From: Candidatus Zixiibacteriota bacterium
GTDB lineage: Bacteria > Zixibacteria > MSB-5A5 > UBA10806 > 4484-95
Assembly: GCA_037441845.1 (NCBI GenBank)
Contig: JBBIRK010000002.1
Coordinates: 286,854-350,853 of the forward strand
DNA length: 64,000 bases
Direction of reading: 5' to 3'
Of the stretch, positions 47,341 to 58,312 are shown in pieces. The notes under the pieces were generated by a model that searched no databases, was not told the origin of the DNA, and worked only from the letters and a program-made list of their open reading frames with translations. The translations under genes were made by a program, and so were the position numbers. Every line of letters starts with the position of its first letter. Position 1 is the stretch's first letter.

Positions 47341-49029
47341 TTATTTATTGCGGGCGGTCAGTTTTTTGGCGACCAGAGGGGGAGGAATGGTCCCCTCCGC
47401 AAGCAAAGCATCATGGAAACGGCCGAGAGAAAAGGCGGATCCGAGGATCTTTTTCTGATTTTCAAGCATCGCCAGAATTTGGAGTTTGCCCGTCAGATAG
47501 CTGGAGGCGACAGTGGGATTGGCGCAATACCTGCGGATTTCGGCGACGAAATAGTCATTATTTTCGCCCAGCAGGTTATTCATCAGAGCCAAAGCCGAAT
47601 CAGTCGAGAGACTGCCGTCGTGCAGGCCGCAATCGACGATTATTCGGACGGCGCGGAATCTTATGCCTCCCCATACGCCAAGCCAGCGGCGTTCGAGATC
47701 ATCGGTCCCGAACAACCCCTGCTCGGTGGCCATCTGCTCGCAATAAAGCGCCCACCCCTCGGAAAACATGGTGCTGTGGGTAATCCGTCGAATCAACGAG
47801 GGATGCTTTCTGGCGATATCGAGCTGCAAGTGATGACCCGGAAAGGCTTCGTGGACGACCGAACCTCGGAAAGTCCGATTGACGATCATGGAGTAATATC
47901 GTTGTTTTTGCAAAGAATCGAGTTGAGGTATCGGCCTGACATAGAATCTGCCGGTGGGGTCGCTGGAAAATACGGGCGCCGGCTCGTAGGCGATGCCGCG
48001 ATGGGTCGCCTGCATAAAGGCGGGCATTTGAACCGGCAGACAGGGACCTATATCCGGCGGAATGGTTACGATTCGGTTTTCTCGAAGAAATTCGGCGGTT
48101 CGATCGATTTCCCATTGATAATAACGCATGATGTCATCGACATCGAACGTATCCGGGCGGGTCAGGGTGACAGCCGGCGCAGGAGGTAATCTATCGACGA
48201 TGAGGCGCAGAGAATCCATGGTTCGGTTGCTGAGATCATACCAATACCAACCGATTTTTTTCAGGGAATCGCTGTCGATATCGAGCAGGTGGATTTGTCT
48301 GAGCATGTAGTTGAAATTGTTTTTGCCGACGGCGAAAGTCCCCGGCGCATCATTGAGTTCGATCTTGCAGGTAAGGGAGTAATTTTTGATATTGACTTTC
48401 GCCAGGCCGCAAATTTGCGCGATCCGAATTGAGCTGTCGGGAAGGATTTTCCCGAGGTAGTTTTCGATTTCCAGCAACAACGGTTCGGAATTCTCTGCGG
48501 TTTCGATGGCGGTTTCGTAGAATATCTGCGCCTGATTGAACTGGATTCCCCAGGATAAATTGAGGAAATCGGGGATTTTCCGCAACCGTGAAAGCAGAGC
48601 ATAGGCGCGCTGGGAATCGGGAATCGCCTGATCCAGCATCAGGTAATAGAGAGAATTGAGGGCATCATCGATATAGAGGGCGGGCGAGATTTCGTGCAGG
48701 GGGAAACGGACGAGCCAGAAATTATCCGCGGCGAGGGCGGATTTGAAGACGAGGTAATCGATATATTGGTCGAGCGAGAGTTTCAATGTGTCGATTTTTC
48801 TGAGCCGGCTTTCTATGACCGAGAGCTGATTGCGATAGTCGTAAACGGCCTGAATCGAGTAATCGGGCAACAGGCTGTCGTAATCGTGGATACCGAGGCT
48901 GGTTGACCAAACGGGATTGAAGCGACTCTTGGCGGCAAGATAATCGGCGGCGAGCTGGTTCAGGTCATCGGCCCAAGCGGATGCCGCGGTGATAAAAACG
49001 ACGGCTGCGAAAACCAAAATTTTATTCAT
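47341..49029 (-). CDS. DUF885 family protein (HExxPGHH metallopeptidase-like)
   Basis: Signal peptide; VVHEAFPGHHLQ motif. Confidence 0.8.
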   Translation of the reverse strand: MNKILVFAAVVFITAASAWADDLNQLAADYLAAKSRFNPVWSTSLGIHDYDSLLPDYSIQAVYDYRNQLSVIESRLRKIDTLKLSLDQYIDYLVFKSALAADNFWLVRFPLHEISPALYIDDALNSLYYLMLDQAIPDSQRAYALLSRLRKIPDFLNLSWGIQFNQAQIFYETAIETAENSEPLLLEIENYLGKILPDSSIRIAQICGLAKVNIKNYSLTCKIELNDAPGTFAVGKNNFNYMLRQIHLLDIDSDSLKKIGWYWYDLSNRTMDSLRLIVDRLPPAPAVTLTRPDTFDVDDIMRYYQWEIDRTAEFLRENRIVTIPPDIGPCLPVQMPAFMQATHRGIAYEPAPVFSSDPTGRFYVRPIPQLDSLQKQRYYSMIVNRTFRGSVVHEAFPGHHLQLDIARKHPSLIRRITHSTMFSEGWALYCEQMATEQGLFGTDDLERRWLGVWGGIRFRAVRIIVDCGLHDGSLSTDSALALMNNLLGENNDYFVAEIRRYCANPTVASSYLTGKLQILAMLENQKKILGSAFSLGRFHDALLAEGTIPPPLVAKKLTARNK

Positions 49030-49039
49030 GGCGATCTTC

Positions 49040-50482
49040 CTATTTTTTCAGTAACAACGACACCGACTCAATATGATATGTATGGGGGAACATGTCAACG
49101 GCTACCGTTCGTTCGAGTTCAAATCCTTTGTCTATGAGAAAACGCAAATCGCGGGCGAGTGTGGCGGGATTGCAGGAGACATAGACGAGCTTGGCGGGAT
49201 CGAGTTTGACTATCCCCGGAAGCGCTTTCGGATGGAGTCCTGCGCGCGGTGGATCGACGACGACGATGTCGGCGGATTCGGCGCCTGCGATAAAATGTTC
49301 GACCGGGGCGTGAACGAATTCGATGTCGGCGATGCCGTTTTCAGCGGCGTTCAGGCGGGCATCGGCAACCGCCCGCGCTTCGGATTCCACGCCCACGACA
49401 TGGGCTCCGGCGCCGGCCAGGAATATGGCGATGGTGCCGGTGCCGCAATAGAGATCGAGCATTTTGTCAGTTTTTCGGGGAGCGGCGAATTCGATCACCG
49501 TGTCATAGAGAATCTCAGCCTGATAGGAATTGGTCTGGAAAAAACTGTCGGGCGAGATTCTGAATCGATAGCGGCCCAATTTTTCGTAAATATATTCCCG
49601 TCCCTGGATCAGGCCGTGCGAGAATCCCGGGGGATACAGGTCCCAGCGGGCGATATTGGCTTTGCGGCTGTTTATCATCCAGAACAACCCGCTGATTTGA
49701 GGGAATTCCGCGGCGGTGGATTCGAGTAAACCGACGATTTTCCTTTCGCATCCGGCATAATCGGCCGAAGTGACGAGCACAATCATGACTTCACCCGTAT
49801 GTTTACCCTCGCGGACGATCAAAAACCGCAGCAATCCGGAATTATTCAGAATGTCGTAGGCGGGCAAAGCCAGGCGAATAGATTCGGCACGGACATGGCG
49901 GACGATTTCATTGGATAATTCCGATTGCAGGTGGCAGGAGTCAAGCTGGAATATATCATGGAACGAACCCAAGCGATGTAAACCGAGAACGAGCTGATCA
50001 TCGGCTCCGACAGTGAACGAAAATTCCATTTTATTGCGATAATAGTAAATTTTGCGGGCGCCCAGCGGCGGTTCGACCGGAGGGTCGGGGATTCCGGCAA
50101 GATGAATCAACTGATTTTTCAGCTGCTCGGCCTTATAGGCCAACTGCCGGTCATAAGCGTAATTCTGCCATCGACAGCCGCCGCAAACCCCGAAGTGGGC
50201 GCACACCGGGCTCTGACGAAAAGGCGAAGGGCTTTCGAGCGCAACGGCAACCGCTTCAAGATACGACTTTCTTCTTCTGGTTATTTTGGCGGAGACGATA
50301 TCGCCGGGGAGTGCGTTATCGACGAACACGATTCTGCCATCGAGTTTGGCGATGCCGCGGCCGCCGTAGGCAAGATCGGTAATTTCAAGCGAGATTGTTT
50401 CAGAATCGCGGTACAGAAGACACCCATCATTAAACGGTGTTTTCGCGATCGTCATCGCCCGACGGCGGACATGACGCAACAA
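49040..50482 (-). CDS. rlmD: 23S rRNA (uracil-5-)-methyltransferase RlmD/RumA
   Basis: TRAM domain, Fe-S Cys cluster CAHFGVCGGCRWQ, SAM MTase motifs. Confidence 0.85.
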   Translation of the reverse strand: MLRHVRRRAMTIAKTPFNDGCLLYRDSETISLEITDLAYGGRGIAKLDGRIVFVDNALPGDIVSAKITRRRKSYLEAVAVALESPSPFRQSPVCAHFGVCGGCRWQNYAYDRQLAYKAEQLKNQLIHLAGIPDPPVEPPLGARKIYYYRNKMEFSFTVGADDQLVLGLHRLGSFHDIFQLDSCHLQSELSNEIVRHVRAESIRLALPAYDILNNSGLLRFLIVREGKHTGEVMIVLVTSADYAGCERKIVGLLESTAAEFPQISGLFWMINSRKANIARWDLYPPGFSHGLIQGREYIYEKLGRYRFRISPDSFFQTNSYQAEILYDTVIEFAAPRKTDKMLDLYCGTGTIAIFLAGAGAHVVGVESEARAVADARLNAAENGIADIEFVHAPVEHFIAGAESADIVVVDPPRAGLHPKALPGIVKLDPAKLVYVSCNPATLARDLRFLIDKGFELERTVAVDMFPHTYHIESVSLLLKK

Positions 50483-50521
50483 GTGCGGGGAATGCGAAAG
50501 TTCTTTCGAGCATAAAAAAAG

Positions 50522-50614
50522 CGGAAGGGACAGGAATCGAACCTGCCAAAACCGGGATCACCGGTTTCCAACGATTTTGAAGACCGCGGGGGCCACCAGA
50601 CCCCATCCGCTTCC
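50522..50614 (-). tRNA. selC: tRNA-Sec (selC), anticodon UCA
   Basis: Reverse complement reads GGAAGCGGATGGGGTCTGGTGGCCCCCGCGGTCTTCAAAATCGTTGGAAACCGGTGATCCCGGTTTTGGCAGGTTCGATTCCTGTCCCTTCCG. Colinear with E. coli selC from memory: GGAAG..GGTG.., CTTCAAA loop giving anticodon TCA, long variable arm, GGCAGGTTCGAnTCCTGT, ..CTTCCG. 93 nt. Confidence 0.8.
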
Positions 50615-50668
50615 AAGGGGAAATTAGGCGTTCGATGGATTACAGGCAAGCCAAAAAGAAAAGGAGAA

Positions 50669-51391
50669 TCAAATCGATTTTCCGGGAAGATTCAGCGGGT
50701 TATCGACGGCAAGCATCTCTTTTTGAAAAAACGCCTCGCCGTATTTGACGCCGATCATGTAGCCGTAGCGGCGGTTCTGAATCTCCATGAAATCGAAAAT
50801 GTTTCTTGCCGGCGGATAAACCTCCCGCTGACCGGGCTTTTCCTCGAATTGACTTTTATAGCAGGCGACCGCCTCGCATTTACGTTGAAATTGAGCCGTG
50901 ATATCGATCACGAAAGTGGGTCTTATTTCCTGAAAGCTGCAGGAATAAATGATCTTGCGCGGTCGGTGAGGTTCGTTTCCGATAGGTAGTTTGCCGAGAC
51001 CCGCCAAGAAACAGCCGCGGTAACCTATCAGCCCGGCTGCGGTATGATCGGGGTGACGCTGAGTGCCATAGGGCAGAATCACCAATTGGGGGCGAGTGCG
51101 GCAGATGATGCGGGCAACGGCAAGGGCGTTTTCCTGAGAGTCGAACAGACCGGCATCGGGCAGATTGAGATTTTGGCGGAAGGCCAGACCCATAACCGCG
51201 GAAGCGGCATCGGCCTCTTTGCTGCGGGTTTCGGAATCGCCGCGGCTTCCCGATTCGCCGGCCGTCAGATCGAGGATTCCCACTTTATAGCCGAGATCCA
51301 CTAATTTGATGATGGTGCCGCCGCTGACTATCTCGGTGTCGTCGCGGTGGGCGGCTATGGCGAGCACGTCGAGCTGAGGCGGATTATTCAT
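50669..51391 (-). CDS. bshB: PIG-L/LmbE family deacetylase (bacillithiol BshB-like)
   Basis: AHRDDTEI ... HPDH motifs. Confidence 0.75.
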   Translation of the reverse strand: MNNPPQLDVLAIAAHRDDTEIVSGGTIIKLVDLGYKVGILDLTAGESGSRGDSETRSKEADAASAVMGLAFRQNLNLPDAGLFDSQENALAVARIICRTRPQLVILPYGTQRHPDHTAAGLIGYRGCFLAGLGKLPIGNEPHRPRKIIYSCSFQEIRPTFVIDITAQFQRKCEAVACYKSQFEEKPGQREVYPPARNIFDFMEIQNRRYGYMIGVKYGEAFFQKEMLAVDNPLNLPGKSI

Positions 51392-52505
51392 TCATGATTT
51401 CCTCGTAATAGTTGAGATATTTTTGGATTACATCGCCGATCCTATATTTTTCGAGCACGAGCTGCCGGGCTGCTTGGGAAAACGATTTTGCCATATCGGG
51501 ACTTTCGAGGATCATCATCGATTTTTCGGCCATCGCTTGGATGTCCCTCACCGGCGCAAGGAATCCGGTGACGCCGTCGGCGATCAGCTCGGGCAAGCCC
51601 CCGATTTCGCTAGCGACCACGGGAACGCCGCAGCTCATGGCCTCGAGGGCGGCCAGGCCGAAAGCCTCGGAGCCGGAAGGCAAAAGGAAAAGATCGGCTA
51701 TCGGCAGAATAACGTGAACGCGGTCCTGATTGCCCAGAAAAGTCACGAGGTCGGAAAGACCGAGTTCGCGCACGAGACTCATGATATTGCCGATATCGGG
51801 CCCATCGCCGACAAGCAACAGGCGGGATGGAATCCGTTTGCGCACGATGTCGAAAATCCGAACGACATCGATAGCATTTTTAACCGGGCGGTAATTGGAC
51901 ATATGCACGATGATTTTTTCGCCGGGCTTGGCGAAACGGCTGCGGGCGCATTCCGAAGATTTGGGTTGGAAACGATCTGTATCGACGAAATTCGGAATTA
52001 CCCGGATATCTTTTTTCAGATTGAACACGGTTTTGGTTTCATCGTGAAGATACCGGGATACCGCGGTGAGACCATCGGAAGCCTCGAGCGAAAATCTGGT
52101 TATCGAGTAGAACGATCGGTCCTGACCTATCAGGGTGATATCGGTGCCGTGCAAGGTGGTTACGATTTTGGGAGCATCGGCGCCCAGAACCTTGGCGGCC
52201 AGGAATGCGGCCGAGGCGTGGGGAATGGCGTAATGGGCGTGCAGGATATCGAATCGGTGCCGTTGAGATTCATCGGCCAGACGCGCGGCCAGTGTTTCGG
52301 TATAGGGGGGGTATTTGAACAGCGGGTAGTTAGTGATATCGATTTCGTGAAATATGAAATTGGCCTCGAACGCGCTGAGCCGAAAAGGAAGTTCATAAGA
52401 AAAGAAATGAACCTCACAGCCTCTTTTTGAGAGTCCGATACCGAGTTCGGAGGCGACCACCCCCGAACCACCTCTTACCGGATAACAGATAATGCCGACC
52501 TTCAT
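51384..52505 (-). CDS. bshA: GT4 glycosyltransferase, N-acetyl-glucosaminyl L-malate synthase BshA-like
   Basis: [22 protein letters not shown] ... C-terminal GT4 E-x7-E region; colinear with BshA. Confidence 0.75.
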   Translation of the reverse strand: MKVGIICYPVRGGSGVVASELGIGLSKRGCEVHFFSYELPFRLSAFEANFIFHEIDITNYPLFKYPPYTETLAARLADESQRHRFDILHAHYAIPHASAAFLAAKVLGADAPKIVTTLHGTDITLIGQDRSFYSITRFSLEASDGLTAVSRYLHDETKTVFNLKKDIRVIPNFVDTDRFQPKSSECARSRFAKPGEKIIVHMSNYRPVKNAIDVVRIFDIVRKRIPSRLLLVGDGPDIGNIMSLVRELGLSDLVTFLGNQDRVHVILPIADLFLLPSGSEAFGLAALEAMSCGVPVVASEIGGLPELIADGVTGFLAPVRDIQAMAEKSMMILESPDMAKSFSQAARQLVLEKYRIGDVIQKYLNYYEEIMNE

Positions 52506-54115
52506 AAGTATATCGCCGCGTGTGCGGCATGTTCAATATCGAGATTTTCGGCTATGGTGTCAAATATAGATCGTCCGTATTTGCTGACATAATAGACAGG
52601 CGAAACGAGGCGTTCCTGGAATTGGTTATCGGGGAATAGGTAGTCGTGAGCCTTTTTCAATTGAGCGATGATTTCATTGTGCCTTTTTTTATTGGACGAT
52701 TTGAGTTTTCTGGCGAGCTCATGGGATTCGAAATCGATTTTTTTGCGGAAATTGAGAAGCAGATTGGCGCTTTCGGCATTGCCTGCTTGTTGCTGCGCCG
52801 CCAGATTTTCGAGATTGCGGCAATAGTCCGAAGTCAGGAATGTGAGATTATCGGCGGACTCGGCCGGGAACAGACGTTCGATCACCTTTCCGCCCAGGGC
52901 GTAGGGATCGGCTTTCAGTTCGGTTGGTTCAATATCATATTTTTGCAAAATCCGGGCGATGTGCGGCTCTATCAAGGTGGCACCGGGTCGGGGAAAAATT
53001 ATCGGGTGAGGGATACCGAAAAGCTCGAACCAGGGATCGATTTGCGCGAAATAAGCCAATTCGGAGGGTCCCACGATTTGCGCGACGACCGGGAAAGCGT
53101 GGCACTGGGCGATGGGTCGAAGCAGAACGTTGGGGGAAAACGATTCCGGGTGTGCAGATATCAAATCTTGCAATTCCGCGGCAGACCAGCGGTGGTCGGC
53201 GCCGTCGGCGATGAAATTATCGCCCTCGGTGAGGATATTGAATCGTTGGGGGGAGTGATAAAATAAACTCAGCTGACGAGGGGTCTTGTGAACCTGCGCG
53301 TGATAACCGGCGGAGACCAGAGTCTGCGATCTTTTCTCGTATATTTCGAAAGAACGCCTATGTTCTTTTAAATCGGCTGCGAAAATTGCGGCGAAATGGC
53401 TTTTCATGCCCGGTGCGTTCGGATCGACGAGAACGATGCCCCATTTGCCGAGGAATTTCATGAACAGCTTGCCGAACGCTGCAGTCAGCTTCTCCCCCGG
53501 TTCGTAGCAATCGCGGATATTTTCAAGAAGCGCCGGTTTGAATTCCGAATCGGGAAGTTCGGCGGTCAGGGCATCGATGAATTCGACGATCCGGTCGTCG
53601 AGGATAATCGAATCGAGGGGCGATTTGGGCAGAATCGTGGATGGGTTATATTCGAATTTGATCGAGGAGCCGTTTCTTTCGGGAAAAGCGGTCGAGTTGA
53701 TTTCGGCGAAATCGTGATCATCGCTGGCTATCCAAAAACAAGGAATCACCTTTCTTTTAAGCAAAGACTCGTAATGCCGGGCGAGCTTAGCGGCGGCGAG
53801 CGCTTTATAGATGATATACATGGGGCTAAGAAGCATTCCCGGCTGCTGGCCTGCGAAGACGCATAGCGTCCGCGTATCAGCCAAAGATTCAATGGCGGCC
53901 ATGGTTTCGCGGCCGGCCTCATACTCGGCGTTTTGACGAATCAGAATATCGCGAAGGGCGCTGCGCGGGTATGCCCGGGCATCGATCTCCGAGACCGTCG
54001 AAAAAATCGATCGAGGCTGGTCGTATGCAGTCGCAAAGAGCTCTTTCAGCCGCCCGGCCTTGTAATCGGCGTAAAGTTTAGAGGGCGGCGGGAATTCGAG
54101 GCATAAGGTTCGCAT
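52502..54115 (-). CDS. bshC: bacillithiol biosynthesis cysteine-adding enzyme BshC
   Basis: 537 aa; FAGQQPGMLLSPMYIIYKALAAAKLA...VIPCFWIASDDHDFAEIN matches the BshC hallmark TGQQ.GL..GPLYTIYK...FWIAGEDHDFDE. Confidence 0.8.
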   Translation of the reverse strand: MRTLCLEFPPPSKLYADYKAGRLKELFATAYDQPRSIFSTVSEIDARAYPRSALRDILIRQNAEYEAGRETMAAIESLADTRTLCVFAGQQPGMLLSPMYIIYKALAAAKLARHYESLLKRKVIPCFWIASDDHDFAEINSTAFPERNGSSIKFEYNPSTILPKSPLDSIILDDRIVEFIDALTAELPDSEFKPALLENIRDCYEPGEKLTAAFGKLFMKFLGKWGIVLVDPNAPGMKSHFAAIFAADLKEHRRSFEIYEKRSQTLVSAGYHAQVHKTPRQLSLFYHSPQRFNILTEGDNFIADGADHRWSAAELQDLISAHPESFSPNVLLRPIAQCHAFPVVAQIVGPSELAYFAQIDPWFELFGIPHPIIFPRPGATLIEPHIARILQKYDIEPTELKADPYALGGKVIERLFPAESADNLTFLTSDYCRNLENLAAQQQAGNAESANLLLNFRKKIDFESHELARKLKSSNKKRHNEIIAQLKKAHDYLFPDNQFQERLVSPVYYVSKYGRSIFDTIAENLDIEHAAHAAIYL

Positions 54116-57100
54116 CAGTCGGCCGTCGTTTCAGCAGGCAACCCGGATTCAACGGCTGCGGTTCCGGCGGTTTCGATCGCCACCGTTTCGCGGCCGGTAA
54201 GGCGTTTTACGATATCATCGAGGATGGTATAGACAACCGGCACGACGACCAAAGTCAGAAGCGTCGACGAAATCAAGCCTCCTATAATAGCCCTGGCCAT
54301 CGGCGCTCGGAATTCGGCGCCCGGCCCGAGTCCGAAAGCAAGCGGCAAGGCACCGAAAATCATGGCGAATGTGGTCATCAAGATAGGCCTGAGTCGGATC
54401 GGTCCAGCGGTCAGCAGGGCCTCGGTTCGGGGCATTCCTTTGCGGCGGAGCTGTTTGGTGAGATCGATGAGCAGGATTGCGTTTTTGGTCACCAGTCCCA
54501 TGAGCAAGACGATTCCGATAAGTGACATGATCGAGAAAGTCGAGCGCCATATCAAAAGCAGGAACAGTGCGCCGACCACGGCCAGCGGCAAAGACAGCAT
54601 AATGGCCAAGGGATCGACGAATGACTCGAATTGGGAGGCCAAAAGCAGGTAGATGAAAATAATAGCCAGAATAAGGGCGGTGAATATGTTGCTGAACGAT
54701 TCGGCCATGATTTCGCCCGCGCCGACGATTTCGATTTTATACCCCGGCGGGATATTGATTTTGGACAGGTTGGCGGTCACGAAATTCGAGACATCGCTCA
54801 AGACGTAACCCTCGGCGAGATTGCAGCCGACGGAAGCGGAGCGTTGGCGGTCGTAACGGCGGACGTCGGTGGGGCTGGAGGCGAATTTCAGCGTGGCGAC
54901 GTTGCCCAACTCGAAATGTGCATTTCCGCCTTTGACGTCTTTCGTGGAAAATATCCGTATTTGCGCAAGGTCGTCAATATTGCGACGATATTTCGGGTGA
55001 AGCATCAACCTGATATTGTATTCTTCGTCGTTTTCCTTGAGCCGGGAGATATCGACGCCGTCTATCAAATTGCGCACGGTGCCTGCGATGGCGCCTATGG
55101 AAAGTCCGAGATCGTTGGCGATGTCACGATCGACATGAATTTGCAGTTCGGGTCTTCCCTGCTTTTCGCTGTTCAAGATGTCGACCGCTCCGGGGGCTTG
55201 GCGCAACAGGTCCTCCAATTCGTCGGCCAGCCTGCGGACAACCTCATGCTCCGGCCCTCTGATCGAGTATTCCAATTGCTGCTGGCTTCCCCCCTCGCCG
55301 CGCTCCGTGGCGACCTGGATGCTGAGACCGGCGATCGTCGAGAGGTCTTTTCTGATTTCGGGAATAAGCTGGAAGACGGATTTGGCTCGCTCGTTTTTCG
55401 GGTTAAGTTTTACGAAAATATCGCCTTCGTTGACGTTTCGGTTGCTGCCACCGATACGAGTGAGGATGCTTACCACCTCCGGATATTTTTTCAATTTTCC
55501 CTCTATGTCGGCGGCCAGCCGGGCAGTGTAATCGAGCGATTCGTCGGGGCTCGATTTGAAAGTGATCACCAACTGCGCCTGATCGGTTTGAGGCAGAAAC
55601 TCGCTGCCGATGAATTTGCCTGCGCCCAGAGCAATGATGAAAAGAATAGTCGCCAGAGCCAAGGTGGCCAAACGGTGTTCAAGCACCCAGTTCAAAGTCG
55701 TCCTGTAACGGCCGTCGAGGTTTTTGAAAAATCGGTGCCAGTTGCGTAACATGAATTTCACCATGTTGCCGGGGAGATTGATAAGTCCCGGTTTGGATTC
55801 GCCGATTTGTTCTTCTTTTTTCAGCCAGCGCGACGACAGCATCGGGGTGAGTGTGAAGGCGACGAATAATGATACCAGCACCGCACCGGCAACCGTGATG
55901 CCGAATTGATAGAAGAAGCGCCCGATTATGCCCGACATGAAGGCGACCGGAATGAAAACGACCATGATCGAGAAGGTAGTGGCCATGACAGCCAAGCCGA
56001 TTTCGGCGGTGGCGTTGCGGGCGGCGGCCATCGGTGATTCGCCGCTATCGAGATGGCGGTAGATATTTTCGATCACGACGATGGCGTCGTCTATGAGCAA
56101 CCCCACGGCCAGCGAAAGACCGAGCAATGTCATCATGTTTATCGAGAAGCCGAATGCGTTCATCAGAAAGATGGTGCTGATGATCGAGGTCGGAATAGCC
56201 AACGCCGAAATGATGGTGGATCGGATATTGGCCAGAAACAGGAAAATAACGAAGACCGCCAAGAGGCCGCCGTAAATCAGATTGACCACCACGTCGTCTA
56301 TGGATTCGCGTATGAAAATCGAGTTATCCTCGACGATTTCGGTCTTGACTCCGGTGGGGATATCTTTTTCGATTTCCTTGAGCCTTTCCTTGATTCCCTC
56401 GGCGGTGGCCACGATGTTTGCTCCCGATTGCCTGATCAGAGCCATCGAGATGGCCGGATTGCCGTTGAGGCGGGACAGACCATTGCGCTCTTTGACGCCA
56501 TCAACGACGTCCGCTATATCGTGAAGTCTGATTATTTTTCCGTTCGAGTTGCGAACGATGATTCGGGACAGTTCCTCCGGGGAAGCCGCTCGTCCCATGA
56601 CCCTGACCATAAGATCGGTTTGGCCCTGATTCAATTTGCCGCCGGGGAGTTCGAGATTGGCGGCTCTGACGGCGGCGGCGACTTCATCGGGAGTGATATC
56701 GAGGGCGTTGATTTTATCGAGATCGAGCAATATCTGGATTTCTCTTTCGCTGCCACCGATGATTTCGACCGAGCCCACACCGGGAACAGTTTCGAGATGG
56801 CGTTTCAGGAAGTTTTTAGCGAATCCAGTCAATTCTTTTTCGGATCTGTCGCCGGATACGGTGATGGTGATGATCGGCTGAGAAGCGGGGTCGTATTTTT
56901 GGATGACCGGACTCTCAGCATCGCGGGGAAGGTCGGCGGCGATTCCGGCGATTTTGTCGCGGACGTCCTGGGCGGCGACATCGGGATCGGTTTCGAGGCT
57001 GAATTCTATTATGATTTGGGAAAGCGATTCCCGTGAATAAGAAATGATGCGCTTAATACCGGCGATGGTATTGACGACGTCTTCGATTTTTTTGGTGACA

Positions 57101-57285
57101 TCGGTGGCGACGGCCTCGGAGCTGGCTCCCGGATAGACGGTCATCACGACCACGAACGGGAAATCGACATTGGGGAACAGCTCCACGTTCATTTTGAAGA
57201 ACGAGGCGAGTCCGAGGACCACCAGGGCGAGGATCACCATGGTGGCGAACACCGGCCTCTTGATTGCCGTATCAGCGAGATACAT
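54115..57285 (-). CDS. RND efflux transporter permease (AcrB/CzcA family)
   Basis: 1056 aa, 12-TM HAE1/HME pattern. Confidence 0.9.
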   Translation of the reverse strand: MYLADTAIKRPVFATMVILALVVLGLASFFKMNVELFPNVDFPFVVVMTVYPGASSEAVATDVTKKIEDVVNTIAGIKRIISYSRESLSQIIIEFSLETDPDVAAQDVRDKIAGIAADLPRDAESPVIQKYDPASQPIITITVSGDRSEKELTGFAKNFLKRHLETVPGVGSVEIIGGSEREIQILLDLDKINALDITPDEVAAAVRAANLELPGGKLNQGQTDLMVRVMGRAASPEELSRIIVRNSNGKIIRLHDIADVVDGVKERNGLSRLNGNPAISMALIRQSGANIVATAEGIKERLKEIEKDIPTGVKTEIVEDNSIFIRESIDDVVVNLIYGGLLAVFVIFLFLANIRSTIISALAIPTSIISTIFLMNAFGFSINMMTLLGLSLAVGLLIDDAIVVIENIYRHLDSGESPMAAARNATAEIGLAVMATTFSIMVVFIPVAFMSGIIGRFFYQFGITVAGAVLVSLFVAFTLTPMLSSRWLKKEEQIGESKPGLINLPGNMVKFMLRNWHRFFKNLDGRYRTTLNWVLEHRLATLALATILFIIALGAGKFIGSEFLPQTDQAQLVITFKSSPDESLDYTARLAADIEGKLKKYPEVVSILTRIGGSNRNVNEGDIFVKLNPKNERAKSVFQLIPEIRKDLSTIAGLSIQVATERGEGGSQQQLEYSIRGPEHEVVRRLADELEDLLRQAPGAVDILNSEKQGRPELQIHVDRDIANDLGLSIGAIAGTVRNLIDGVDISRLKENDEEYNIRLMLHPKYRRNIDDLAQIRIFSTKDVKGGNAHFELGNVATLKFASSPTDVRRYDRQRSASVGCNLAEGYVLSDVSNFVTANLSKINIPPGYKIEIVGAGEIMAESFSNIFTALILAIIFIYLLLASQFESFVDPLAIMLSLPLAVVGALFLLLIWRSTFSIMSLIGIVLLMGLVTKNAILLIDLTKQLRRKGMPRTEALLTAGPIRLRPILMTTFAMIFGALPLAFGLGPGAEFRAPMARAIIGGLISSTLLTLVVVPVVYTILDDIVKRLTGRETVAIETAGTAAVESGLPAETTAD

Positions 57286-58312
57286 CGGCGGACTCCTCGG
57301 TTGAAACGATTACGGGTGTACGATCGCGCAGATTGCCTTTACCCACCACGACCACCAATTCGCCCTGCTCGAGCCCGCTTAAAACCTGGGTTTCATCGCC
57401 ATCGGTGGGACCGATTTCGATCGATCTGGCGAAGGCGGTGTCGCGGGCGACGACATAGACCTTGGCGATACCTTCTTCCGAGAACAGGGCGCTGTTTTTC
57501 ACGGCGAGGACACCTTTGAGATTATCCAATATCAACTGGCATTTGGCGAACATGCCGGGTTTGAGGTGACCATCGGGATTTTCCATTTCGATTTCGACTC
57601 GAAACAATCTGGTTTCGGGATCAGCCGAGCGCGCCTTTTCGATGACCCGGGCCTCCACCGGGCTGTCGCCATCGACCGTCACCCGAGCGCTCTGTCCCGA
57701 TTCGATTTTGGCGATATCGGCGGAATTCACGTATATGGTCATTCTCATTTTCGAGGTGGAGGCGATCGTCGCCAAAGGCAGGCCGAGCGGGACCTGTTCG
57801 CCGATATTTACTACGATGTCCGTGATGACGCCATCGATCGGCGAGGTAAGTTCGACCGATTCGCGGGCGGCGCTGAAATCGGCTTGGGCTACCTCGAAGG
57901 CGGTTCGGGCGCTGTTGTAATCATGTTCGGACACGGCTTTTTGTTCGAACAAGCGGGAGATCTTTTCGAAATTGTCCTTGGCCTGGCGAAAAACCGCCTG
58001 CGCCTGATGGTAACGCGAGTTTACACCGAGTTTATCGAGCAGAATGACCGGCTGACCCTTTTCCACGCGGCTGCCCTCTGGAAATGGGATTTCGACGACC
58101 CGTTCGGGAATGATCGCATAGATTTTCGCCTGCCGGGCGCCCTCGAGAGTGCCGGCGAACGATTTGGAGACGGTGATATCGGACAATCGGGCGGGAGCGA
58201 CCTTAACCGCCACTCGAGGAACAACGGGAGCGGTGTCCTTTCCTCCGCCGCAAGCTATCAGCAAAGCCAGAGGGAAAATCAGATAAATGCCATTTAATTT
58301 CATAAGCGCCAC
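57272..58312 (-). CDS. RND efflux periplasmic adaptor (MFP)
   Basis: Lipoprotein signal; biotinyl/lipoyl-like and beta-barrel domains. Confidence 0.85.
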   Translation of the reverse strand: MALMKLNGIYLIFPLALLIACGGGKDTAPVVPRVAVKVAPARLSDITVSKSFAGTLEGARQAKIYAIIPERVVEIPFPEGSRVEKGQPVILLDKLGVNSRYHQAQAVFRQAKDNFEKISRLFEQKAVSEHDYNSARTAFEVAQADFSAARESVELTSPIDGVITDIVVNIGEQVPLGLPLATIASTSKMRMTIYVNSADIAKIESGQSARVTVDGDSPVEARVIEKARSADPETRLFRVEIEMENPDGHLKPGMFAKCQLILDNLKGVLAVKNSALFSEEGIAKVYVVARDTAFARSIEIGPTDGDETQVLSGLEQGELVVVVGKGNLRDRTPVIVSTEESADVSR

